Assembly (NCBI GenBank): GCA_945865595.1
Contig: CAMBEV010000065.1
Location: 1-12,826 of the forward strand
DNA: 12,826 nucleotides
Direction of reading: 5' to 3'
Source of the DNA: Nannocystis exedens
Lineage (GTDB): Bacteria; Myxococcota_A; Polyangia; Polyangiales; Polyangiaceae
Below the pieces are notes generated by a model. It ran no database searches. It saw nothing but the letters and a program-made list of their open reading frames with translations, and was not told the DNA's origin. A program made the position numbers and the translations under genes. The first letter of the stretch is position 1; each line of letters opens with the position of its first letter. Shown piece after piece: positions 1 through 6,677 of this stretch.

Positions 1-97
1 TGGTCTTGGCGAGATCGAGGTCATCCATGCGTCCGCTCAACGGAAGCATAGTCACTTTTCATGGTGACGTCCGAGTACGCGTCTATCCTAGCGGCAG

Positions 98-340
98 ATG
101 ACCATCCAAGACGAACCCACCATCCGACTCGATCAGCTACTCAAGCTCACCGGAGTTGTGAGCAGCGGTGGACAGGCCAAAGCGATGGTGCAGGGTGGCG
201 AGGTGAAGGTGAACGGCGAAGTCGACACCCGACGCGGCCGCAAGCTGCGCGCCGGCGACTCGGTCGAAGTGCATGGCCAGACTCTTGCGGTGGACGCCGC
301 GCTGTTGAGCCGTTCGCCAGGCGATGACAGTCCGCACTAA
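98..340 (+). CDS. ybcJ: S4-domain RNA-binding protein, YbcJ-like (80 aa)
   Basis: ATG at 98 and TAA at 338-340. The translation MTIQDEPTIRLDQLLKLTGVVSSGGQAKAMVQGGEVKVNGEVDTRRGRKLRAGDSVEVHG matches the E. coli YbcJ / S4 pattern (LLKL.G..SG.QAK..I..G.VKV.G.V.TR...K...G..V). It carries a short C-terminal extension. Confidence 0.75.
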   Translation: MTIQDEPTIRLDQLLKLTGVVSSGGQAKAMVQGGEVKVNGEVDTRRGRKLRAGDSVEVHGQTLAVDAALLSRSPGDDSPH

Positions 341-378
341 TCCTGCGGTCTTTGTGAGCCGTACTTCCGGCAGACGCC

Positions 379-501
379 ATGAAAACGACCCATTATCGCA
401 CGTTCCTCCTGCTCGGCGCCTGCGCCCTCGGCTCTCTCGCGCCCAATGTGCCCTTCGCCGAGTCCGCAACGGCTGTGAAAGTGAGCACCACGTTCAAATA
501 A
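379..501 (+). other. orphan 40-codon ORF encoding only a Sec/lipoprotein-type signal peptide (MKTTHYRTFLLLGACALGSLAPNVPFAESATAVKVSTTFK); possible remnant 5' end of a disrupted secreted-protein gene
   Basis: ATG at 379 and TAA at 499-501. The peptide has a positively charged n-region, a hydrophobic core, a lipobox-like L-G-A-C and an A-x-A-like cleavage context. Its frame differs from the downstream CxxCH gene. Confidence 0.3.
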
Positions 502-542
502 GGTGACGCGCCTGGTGCCCTTTGGCAGCGTTCCCGTCCTGA

Positions 543-1241
543 GTGCTGAAGAACGCAGGGCGCATGGTCGCGTGCGACACCAACCAGTACCCGGCCGACA
601 AGAAGCCGAGCCAGCTCGATCCGCAGAGCCTCCGACCCTCCGACAAGAGCAACCGCTGGGCCATGTGCATGATGCATGAATTCCCAAAAGACGGAATCAT
701 GATCAAGACGCGTTGGGGCAAGGTCTCGAGCGGCGTCAAGGCCTACGGCACGAGCGCAACTGACCTCGCAACGATGTGGGCCGCGTCAAGCGCCGGCACA
801 TTCAAGGCGAGCGAAACGACGACGCCCGACGCCAGCACGATGTACACGCTCACGGACGAGACGGGGGTGGTGTGGGGCCTCGAGGGAATGCACATTTCCA
901 CGAAGGACATTCAGCTCTGGACGTGGATCTCGGTCTGGTGGTCGAAGCCGTCCGTGAAGGACAGCGATCCTGCGAGCCACTACCGCAGCAGCGACAAAAC
1001 CAAGTCGCTCGGCGACGCGTTCGATAAGCTCAAAGGCCTCTCGGGCGGGGCCCAGTGGTGTGCCAATCCGTACCTCGAAACGTCCTTCGCCAAGACGAAT
1101 TGCATCGGCTGCCACCAAGGCGCGGGCGTCAATTTCGACGTGACTGCGGTCAAGAAGAATCGGGAGAACGGCATCCCGGACTTTGTCTATGGCTTCGATT
1201 CGATCAGGGCGGCGATAGAATCCGAAAACGCACAAAAGTAG
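543..1241 (+). CDS. hypothetical protein with a single C-terminal CxxCH haem-c motif (NCIGCHQGAG); no N-terminal signal peptide in this frame
   Basis: Frame 0 is open from GTG 543 (alternative ATG at 564) to TAG 1239-1241. Third codon positions are GC-rich, consistent with coding. The motif C-I-G-C-H lies near the C-terminus. Stops at 504-506 and 540-542 lie in frame immediately upstream. Confidence 0.6.
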   Translation: MLKNAGRMVACDTNQYPADKKPSQLDPQSLRPSDKSNRWAMCMMHEFPKDGIMIKTRWGKVSSGVKAYGTSATDLATMWAASSAGTFKASETTTPDASTMYTLTDETGVVWGLEGMHISTKDIQLWTWISVWWSKPSVKDSDPASHYRSSDKTKSLGDAFDKLKGLSGGAQWCANPYLETSFAKTNCIGCHQGAGVNFDVTAVKKNRENGIPDFVYGFDSIRAAIESENAQK

Positions 1242-1276
1242 GCCACGCAAGTCGTTTCTGTGAGAGATCCGTGGTG

Positions 1277-1282
1277 AAGGAG
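1277..1282 (+). promoter_or_regulatory. Shine-Dalgarno AAGGAG, 6 nt upstream of GTG 1289
   Basis: AAGGAG at 1277-1282 is followed by caacgc and then GTG. Confidence 0.45.
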
Positions 1283-1288
1283 CAACGC

Positions 1289-1498
1289 GTGAAGACCCTC
1301 CTATTTCTGGTTTCTATGATGGCGTTCTCGACAGGGTGTTCGACCTTTTTCAACGCCTCCGTTGAAGGCCCGAAGCCCGGCTACCGCTACGTGGTCGGGA
1401 GCCACAACGCGATGCAGAGCAAGGCGACGGTTTGGCTCTGCCCAGACAGCCACTCCAGCCTTGCCGAATGTGAAACCGTTGACGTCGAGGAGAAGTGA
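1289..1498 (+). CDS. small lipoprotein (69 aa), paralog 1 of a tandem pair
   Basis: GTG start at 1289 with a good SD. The N-terminus VKTLLFLVSMMAFSTGC is a signal peptide with a lipobox Cys. The mature part GYRYVVGSHN...WLCPDSHSSLAEC shares a motif with the next gene. TGA at 1496-1498. Confidence 0.65.
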   Translation: MKTLLFLVSMMAFSTGCSTFFNASVEGPKPGYRYVVGSHNAMQSKATVWLCPDSHSSLAECETVDVEEK

Positions 1499-1499
1499 A

Positions 1500-1706
1500 A
1501 TGGCGCGAACGCTGATCCTCTGTTGGACGCTCGCTGTGACGGCGGCGGGCTGCTACCCGACGCAGTACACGCACATCGAAAAGGTCAGTGACGGTTACGT
1601 GCTCACGAAGAACCAAGGTGGCTTCCTTCGCGTGAGCGGTGAACTGTGGCACTGCACGCCGCACGGCGAGAAGCACTTCGAGTGTGTGAAGACCGCTTCG
1701 GACTGA
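1500..1706 (+). CDS. small lipoprotein (68 aa), paralog 2 of a tandem pair
   Basis: ATG at 1500 overlaps the upstream stop (GTGAAATG). The N-terminus MARTLILCWTLAVTAAGC is a lipoprotein signal. The mature part DGYVLTKNQ...WHCTPHGEKHFEC keeps the GY.(Y)V ... W.C.(6-8 residues).EC pattern. TGA at 1704-1706. Confidence 0.65.
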   Translation: MARTLILCWTLAVTAAGCYPTQYTHIEKVSDGYVLTKNQGGFLRVSGELWHCTPHGEKHFECVKTASD

Positions 1707-1716
1707 GCCGCGGCGC

Positions 1717-3156
1717 TTACCGATCAAACACCGCGGCGCCTGCGCTCATCGTCCACGGGCCGGTGCCGCACGTCCCTTGTGCCCGACGTTCGACGGCGAC
1801 GCTCGCGCCGGAGTTGCGGCGTTGGACAAGAAGCGTGAAGTCAGTCACGGCGGCAACGCGATCCCAAGCGTCACGCTCGTTGCGATAGAAGGTTTCGAAG
1901 CAGTAAACGTCGTCGTTCGTGATGTCAGAGAACTTGCGGTTGATGGTTCCGCTACTTGACGGAATGTACCGGTAGAGACCCGCCGTTACGCTGGGCACCG
2001 ACGTGCCGATCGAGAAGTCGTAGACGTTGTCCGTAAAAGTGCTCGGGCCGAGGTACAATTGCGGCCCTTCGCTTTGCGTGACCACTGGCGCAAACCAGTT
2101 GCCTTGCGCGCTGCCCACAACGTCGTGATAGACGCTGCCGCAACGCGGCGCTTCGGTGCGCAACACCGTTCGGCTTGAGTCGAGCAGCAAGTTGAACATC
2201 GATGTTTTGTCCGGCGAGTCGGGTAAGTACTCAAGCGCACATGCCGTGTAGCAGCGCGCGAACACGTTGCCACCGCCAGCGCAAAAGCGATCCGGTTTTG
2301 CGAACGCAGATTTACCGGTCGGATTGCGGTAGTCGCGAAATCCGATGTCGAGACCGCGACCGGCTTTGACCACGCCGATTTCTTCACCGGCTTTCACCGA
2401 CACGCTCATGTCGACCTGACACAGCGTTCCACCGCCGACACCCGGCACGGCAACCGGTACACATGCCTTCATGGCGTTGAGCAACGCGCTATGCGTGACG
2501 CTCGTTATGAGGCCGATGTAGCCCTGCACTTCGACGCCGCAGAGCTCGTACGACACGGTGTACACATCTTGAAACGGGTCACCCCCAAAGCCGGAGCTCG
2601 CGTCTTCATCATAGTCGCGCCACATCACACGGGTCATCCGCAACGAGGCAGGCGCAACGACCGAGATGGGCGTCGTTCCTGCCTTGGTGGCGATGCCCAT
2701 GTGCGGCGACGGGAAGGTGTGATCGGGCGGCACAAGCAAGCCGAGCGGCGCCATGCTTTGGATGTTGGCGAGTGCGACCGGCCATTGGGTGAGTTGGTAG
2801 CCGTTGCAGGAGGGTGCGTCCGCTGCGTCCTTCGCAGCATCAGTCCCGGCTGGCCCACTGTCGCCACCGGGCGCATCGTGGGGGGGCTGGTTCGACGATG
2901 CCTCATTGTGTGCGTCGTTTGCCCACACGTCTGGCTTCGCCGACGCGTCAACCGCAGGCGGCGCGCTCGCATCGCGCACCTCGGTGGCATCGGGCGCACC
3001 GGCGGCATCAAGCGTGCTTGCCGCAGTGGCATCAGGTGCACCCGTCGACGGCGGGGCGGAGTCGAAGCTCTCGGCGTCTGTGCCTGTGGGCGCTGGATCA
3101 GCGGGTGGCGAGCAGCTCAAAACCGCGATCGCGCACAGAATGGAGATCCCCCGCAT
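1717..3156 (-). CDS. secreted lipoprotein (479 aa) with an ~150-aa Ala/Pro/Asp/Thr-rich low-complexity linker and a ~320-aa C-terminal globular domain of unknown function
   Basis: The minus-strand ORF starts with MRGISILCAIAVLSCSPP, a signal peptide with a lipobox. The amino-acid composition is protein-like, whereas the overlapping + strand ORFs (2491..3309, 2804..3166) are Arg-rich nonsense. The C-terminal domain has many Cys and a weak M23/LytM-like stretch VKAGEEIGVVKAGRGLDIG with no HxH. Confidence 0.8.
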   Translation of the reverse strand: MRGISILCAIAVLSCSPPADPAPTGTDAESFDSAPPSTGAPDATAASTLDAAGAPDATEVRDASAPPAVDASAKPDVWANDAHNEASSNQPPHDAPGGDSGPAGTDAAKDAADAPSCNGYQLTQWPVALANIQSMAPLGLLVPPDHTFPSPHMGIATKAGTTPISVVAPASLRMTRVMWRDYDEDASSGFGGDPFQDVYTVSYELCGVEVQGYIGLITSVTHSALLNAMKACVPVAVPGVGGGTLCQVDMSVSVKAGEEIGVVKAGRGLDIGFRDYRNPTGKSAFAKPDRFCAGGGNVFARCYTACALEYLPDSPDKTSMFNLLLDSSRTVLRTEAPRCGSVYHDVVGSAQGNWFAPVVTQSEGPQLYLGPSTFTDNVYDFSIGTSVPSVTAGLYRYIPSSSGTINRKFSDITNDDVYCFETFYRNERDAWDRVAAVTDFTLLVQRRNSGASVAVERRAQGTCGTGPWTMSAGAAVFDR

Positions 3157-3220
3157 GAGCCGATGAACGGGCTTCCAGCGGGAACCTTGAGACGCGCCCG
3201 GCGATTGCCGACGTCAGGAG

Positions 3221-3475
3221 TTAATTGCTTTCGGCCCAACTGCTGTTGCAGGTCACTGAACCGTCAGAGAACTCGCCGCAGGCATTGGCCGACTCGCCAG
3301 TGGCCGTGATGTCGGCGGCATCGGTGCATTCACCCTCCGTGTACGACCCGGTAAGCTTCTTGACGGTCGTGCCGACCCCAGAGATCAAACAGGTGCACGT
3401 GCAAGTTCCCACGGCGGTCCTACAGGAGGAGAGACCGAGCGCGCTGACGCACACAAGAACGAAACAGAATTTCAT
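3221..3475 (-). CDS. small Cys-rich secreted lipoprotein (84 aa; about 9 Cys in the mature part, including GTCTCTC)
   Basis: The minus-strand ORF MKFCFVLVCVSALGLSSC... has a lipobox LSSC. Its stop is at 3221-3223. It lies 7 nt downstream of the DUF1993 gene and 64 nt upstream of the 479-aa lipoprotein gene, so the three may form one minus-strand operon. Confidence 0.6.
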   Translation of the reverse strand: MKFCFVLVCVSALGLSSCRTAVGTCTCTCLISGVGTTVKKLTGSYTEGECTDAADITATGESANACGEFSDGSVTCNSSWAESN

Positions 3476-3482
3476 GAGACAA

Positions 3483-3989
3483 TCAGGGAGCGCGAAGACT
3501 GAGGGTGCCGAGGTAGTCGCGCTTTCCTACGGTCACGCCGTTGTGACGGAGAATTGCGTACGCGTGCGACAGGTGGAAAAAGAAGTTCGGAACCGCATGC
3601 TCAATGAGGTAGTCGGCGCCCGTCATGGTCTTGCCCTCCCAGCGGGGTTGGGTCACCGAGCGCGTTGCGGCGCCTTCGAAGTCTTTCGCCGCGTAGCTGT
3701 CGAGATACGCGATGACCGAACGGACGCGAGCACGGAGTTCGTCGAGCGTCTGCTCCGTGTCGGCATGTGACGGGGCATCCTTGCCACTGAGGCGCGAAGC
3801 AGCAAGCTTGGCGGTGTCGCACGCGATCTGAATCTGGCGTACGAAGGCAAACTGATCAGGCGCGAGACGCAACGCCAGGAAAAGGTTTGGGTCGAACGAC
3901 TTTGCCTGCGCATGGGCGGCGGCGGCATCGAACCACTTGTCAAGTTGGGCGAGTTGCTTCTTCATCTGACCAAAAATTGCGTAGTACAT
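3483..3989 (-). CDS. DUF1993-family protein (169 aa)
   Basis: The translation from M123 of the listed 290-aa ORF (MYYAIFGQMKKQLAQLDKWFDAAAAHAQAKSFDPNLFLALRLAPDQFAFVRQIQIACDTAK...IEHAVPNFFFHLSHAYAILRHNGVTVGKRDYLG) matches the DUF1993 consensus end to end. The upstream 122 codons of the ORF are Ser/Ala/Gly-rich and are rejected. Confidence 0.85.
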   Translation of the reverse strand: MYYAIFGQMKKQLAQLDKWFDAAAAHAQAKSFDPNLFLALRLAPDQFAFVRQIQIACDTAKLAASRLSGKDAPSHADTEQTLDELRARVRSVIAYLDSYAAKDFEGAATRSVTQPRWEGKTMTGADYLIEHAVPNFFFHLSHAYAILRHNGVTVGKRDYLGTLSLRAP

Positions 3990-4065
3990 GGGCCGCAGTC
4001 TACCCACTTCCGGCGCGCCAGCCACGGTCGTCTTTTCCAACCACGCCCCAGCGCATCCATGCACA

Positions 4066-5415
4066 ATGTTCGGCATGCGGTACGTCCTTGGGGTCCTTCT
4101 CTTGTCGGGCTGCACCTCGTCATCCCCGACGTTCCCCGCTCCAGTCGACATGGGCCCCGCCGATGCGACACCCTGGCCTGAAGCCACCGTGGTCTCCGAT
4201 GGCGGCGACGCCGGAGCGTCATGCGTACCCTCAGCGGTTACCGAAGACGATCTAACCCCCGCGCGCGAAGCCTGCTCATTCGCAGCAGGCGCGAAACCTT
4301 CGTTCACGCTTCGCATGCCCACCGCCATACCGATCAAACACGTCATCGTGGTCATGAACGAAAACCGTTCCTTCGATCACTACCTCGGCAAGCTTGGAGA
4401 GGCCGGCAAAGCAGACGTCGACGGATGGTCAGCGTCCTTTACGAATCCCGACAAGAACGGCGTCAAGGTTTCGCCCGAACACCTTTCGAGCGCGTGTCTG
4501 AGTAGCGACATCCCGCACGGGTGGACCGCGATGCATGCGCAATGGAACGACGGCGGCATGAACGGCTTCGTCACATCTGCAGCCAGCGACGCGGGAAATG
4601 GCCACCACGCGCTCGGGTACTACGATCAAACCGACCTGCCATTTTACTACTGGCTCGCAAAGACCTTCGCGATCTCTGACCGTTATTTTTCTTCGGTCAT
4701 CGGACCCACGTGGCCGAATCGCCAATACCTCTACATGGGCTCCTCGTACGGCAACAAGTCAACGAGCGGAACCAAAATAACCGACGAGCCAACGATCTTC
4801 GACGCGCTGACGAAGGCCGGCGTCTCGTGGAGGGTTTACACCGATGGTTCACCTCGCCAAGATTGCATCGGGTGGAGCAAAGGGCACGACGGCACCGCGA
4901 AGTACGCAGAGTTCGTTGCGGACCTCAAAGCGAGCACGCTTCCGCAAGTCGTCTTTCTCGACCCCTCCGGCGACAATCAAGACGAGCACCCACCGAACAG
5001 CGTCTACACGGGCGAGCAATGGGCACGCGATGTGATGGCCAACGTGGTGTCGAGTCCATTGTGGTCAACGACCGCGCTATTTTATACCTACGACGAAGCA
5101 GGCGGCCTTGCCGACCACGTGCCGCCACCGAAGGCATGCCTTGCGGATCCGACGCAGACCGCGTTCGATCGACTTGGCTTCCGCGTTCCTATCTACGTCG
5201 TGTCGCCCTGGGCGCGGCCTGGATACGTTTCGCATCGCACACACGAGCACGCGTCGATTGTCCGCTTCATCGAGACCGTGTTCGACCTTGGTGCGCTCAC
5301 CGCACGCGATGCAAACTCGGATGCCATGCTCGACATGTTCGACTTCACGTGTCCGGCACTCGCTTCAGTGCCGATGGCACCCGAGGCCCACACCGGGAAA
5401 GCGGATTGCAAATGA
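4066..5415 (+). CDS. phosphoesterase-family lipoprotein (phospholipase C / AcpA-type acid phosphatase family, PF04185-like), 449 aa
   Basis: The hallmark VMNENRSFDHYLGKL is present, and the whole protein has a family-like pattern (DIPHGW, YYDQTDLPFYYWLAKTFAISDRYFSS, PNRQYLYMGSS, TYDEAGGLADHVPPP). The start is taken at MFGMRYVLGVLLLSGC, a signal peptide with lipobox; ATG 4075 is also possible. The ATG at 3988 is rejected. Confidence 0.9.
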   Translation: MFGMRYVLGVLLLSGCTSSSPTFPAPVDMGPADATPWPEATVVSDGGDAGASCVPSAVTEDDLTPAREACSFAAGAKPSFTLRMPTAIPIKHVIVVMNENRSFDHYLGKLGEAGKADVDGWSASFTNPDKNGVKVSPEHLSSACLSSDIPHGWTAMHAQWNDGGMNGFVTSAASDAGNGHHALGYYDQTDLPFYYWLAKTFAISDRYFSSVIGPTWPNRQYLYMGSSYGNKSTSGTKITDEPTIFDALTKAGVSWRVYTDGSPRQDCIGWSKGHDGTAKYAEFVADLKASTLPQVVFLDPSGDNQDEHPPNSVYTGEQWARDVMANVVSSPLWSTTALFYTYDEAGGLADHVPPPKACLADPTQTAFDRLGFRVPIYVVSPWARPGYVSHRTHEHASIVRFIETVFDLGALTARDANSDAMLDMFDFTCPALASVPMAPEAHTGKADCK

Positions 5416-6269
5416 AGCTCTTGGCTCGATTCGCCTTTGTATCTTTGGCACTGGCGGCATGCAGCGATGTGTCCACGGACGTAACCGCCGACGCTGCCAC
5501 CGACGCTGCCACCGACGCTGCCACGGACGTGACCGCTGACGCTGCCACCGAGGCAGCGAAGGCCGACACCAGCACCGACGCGAAGCCGGACGCCACACTC
5601 AGCCCCAGCGCGCTGTGCACGGTTGAGGACATGACCACGCTCTACGCAGGCGTCTTGCCAACCAACCCTTATGCCAAGCAGCCGGCGCCGAGCGCGTGCC
5701 TCAAAAAGGCGCACGACGTCATCATGGTGCTCGGCTGCCCGAACAACAAAGACGGCACGGCCGCAACGTGCCAGACCAAGCGCGCCGACATCGCGGTTGC
5801 GCTCTCGAAGGCGGGCTACGCAGATCGCTTCATCGTTTCAGGGGCTGCCGTGCACAACGCCTACGTCGAGGCCGAAACGTTGGCGACGCTTCTTGTGGCA
5901 CGTGGCGTTCCAAGCGCGAACATCATTAAGGAACCGAAGGCCAACCACACCGACGAGAACATCTATTACAGCTCGCGCATCATGCTCGACAAAGGGTGGA
6001 CCACGGCACTCGTCGTTTCCGATGATCCTGGGCACCTCATCATGTCCGCGGTGTGCGACGCAAACTGCTGCGTTGAACTCGGGCGCCTGACGGTGTTCGA
6101 TTTTCCAGTGTCGGGTGGCGCTGAGATCGCCGGCCACTACACCCTTGTACCGCCGAGCACCGCGGTGTCCAAGAGCGAGTGCGATCAGATTAAGCAAATC
6201 CTGAAGGTCATGTGCGTCAACTTGTCGAGCCGGCTTTCGTGCAAAGACGATTTCAAGTTGAAACTCTGA
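5412..6269 (+). CDS. DUF218 (YdcF/ElyC/SanA-like) domain lipoprotein, 285 aa
   Basis: Its ATG overlaps the upstream TGA (ATGA at 5412-5415). The N-terminus MKLLARFAFVSLALAAC is a lipoprotein signal. A (T/V)DAA/TDVTA repeat linker follows. The DUF218-like core is ADRFIVSGAAVHNAYVEAETLATLLVARGVPSANIIKEPKANHTDENIYYSSRIMLDKGWTTALVVSDDPGHL. Confidence 0.85.
   Translation: MKLLARFAFVSLALAACSDVSTDVTADAATDAATDAATDVTADAATEAAKADTSTDAKPDATLSPSALCTVEDMTTLYAGVLPTNPYAKQPAPSACLKKAHDVIMVLGCPNNKDGTAATCQTKRADIAVALSKAGYADRFIVSGAAVHNAYVEAETLATLLVARGVPSANIIKEPKANHTDENIYYSSRIMLDKGWTTALVVSDDPGHLIMSAVCDANCCVELGRLTVFDFPVSGGAEIAGHYTLVPPSTAVSKSECDQIKQILKVMCVNLSSRLSCKDDFKLKL
5478..5549 (+). repeat. six 12-nt tandem units (gacgctgccacc and variants) encoding a TDAA/TDVTA linker
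   Basis: Direct repeats read in the DNA at 5478-5549, inside the DUF218 lipoprotein gene. Confidence 0.7.
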
Positions 6270-6676
6270 GAGGCAAGCCTACCTTCAAGTCCGTGCTTGC
6301 CCCTCGCAACTCTCGCGCACTCACCGCAATCGCGCTTCTCGCCGCGGCGACCTCGCCCGATCTTGCGAAAGAGGCACTCGCACACGGCAAGACGTGGCTG
6401 CGCGATTTTGCGAAGCGCGATCCGATCGACGCGGCGCTCGCAACGGTCCTCGTCAGCGCGCATCTCTTTTACGAAGCGGAGCGCGGGCACAACCCGAAGG
6501 TCAACTCCATTTACGATGCGCTTGTCTTCGTCTCGACGAATCTCTCGGTTGGCTTTTGCGACATTTACGCGCGCACCGATGCTGGCAAAGCGATTGCCAG
6601 CGCACTGATGACCTTTGGGCCGGCGCTCGCGACGAACATTTTTGCGCCGCCGACTGTCGCTACGCAGGCAGTCTGA
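6212..6676 (+). CDS. KcsA-like 2-TM potassium-channel-family protein with a non-canonical selectivity filter (SVGFCD in place of TVGYGD)
   Basis: The segment ATVLVSAHLFYEAERGHNPKVNSIYDALVFVSTNLSVGFCDIYARTDAGKAIASALMTFG aligns with the KcsA TM1, pore helix, filter and TM2 segment (AATVLLV...AERG...Y.RALWWSVETATTVGYGDLYPVT.WGRCVAVVVMVAG). The stop is at 6674-6676, 1 nt before the NfeD start. The start is uncertain: GTG 6212 overlaps the upstream gene by 58 nt, and GTG 6293 is the alternative. Confidence 0.7.
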   Translation: MRQLVEPAFVQRRFQVETLRGKPTFKSVLAPRNSRALTAIALLAAATSPDLAKEALAHGKTWLRDFAKRDPIDAALATVLVSAHLFYEAERGHNPKVNSIYDALVFVSTNLSVGFCDIYARTDAGKAIASALMTFGPALATNIFAPPTVATQAV

Positions 6677-6677
6677 C

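Noticed and set aside
1-28. Possible 5' end of a divergently oriented minus-strand gene (ATG at 28-26; MDDLDLAKT... running off the left edge)
   Set aside because: Only 9 codons are visible, which is not enough to support a call.
137-1250. Minus-strand ORFs 137..469, 147..380, 337..687, 393..677, 494..739, 786..1250 and 980..1174, and the + ORFs 61..327, 324..506 and 776..1027
   Set aside because: They are antisense or off-frame to the YbcJ-like and CxxCH genes, and their translations are Arg/Pro-rich and low in complexity. None has a recognisable domain.
1707-1737. Imperfect inverted repeat (gccgcgg ... ccgcggc) between the convergent gene ends at 1706 and 1717
   Set aside because: The stem is only about 7 bp with a 17-nt loop. 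Most of it lies inside the coding sequence of the minus-strand gene, and there is no U-tract, so it is not a convincing terminator.
1986-3309. ORFs 1986..2387(-), 2491..3309(+), 2634..3041(-), 2804..3166(+) and 2814..3158(+) overlapping the 479-aa lipoprotein gene
   Set aside because: Their translations are Arg-rich, Ala/Ser-rich nonsense. The 1717..3156 minus-strand ORF has a signal peptide, a lipobox and a globular domain.
3988-4065. N-terminal extension of the phosphoesterase ORF from ATG 3988 (MGRSLPTSGAPATVVFSNHAPAHPCT...)
   Set aside because: It would place 26 non-signal residues before a perfect lipoprotein signal peptide. That ATG is simply the complement of the DUF1993 start codon.
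3990-4355. Upstream 122 codons of the 290-aa minus-strand ORF containing DUF1993
   Set aside because: The DUF1993 family alignment begins at MYYAIFGQ (start 3989). The upstream part is Ser/Ala/Gly/Thr-rich with no family similarity, and it is antisense to the phosphoesterase gene.
4710-5411. 519-aa ORF 4710..6269 as a single gene
   Set aside because: Only the last 285 codons, from MKLLARFAFVSLALAAC at 5412, form a sensible lipoprotein. The upstream part is an out-of-frame Arg-rich overlap of the phosphoesterase gene.
6615-6677. N-terminal extension MGRRSRRTFLRRRLSLRRQSD of the NfeD ORF
   Set aside because: It is Arg-rich and overlaps the channel-like gene. The ATG at 6678, right after that gene's stop and followed by a TM helix, is the credible start.
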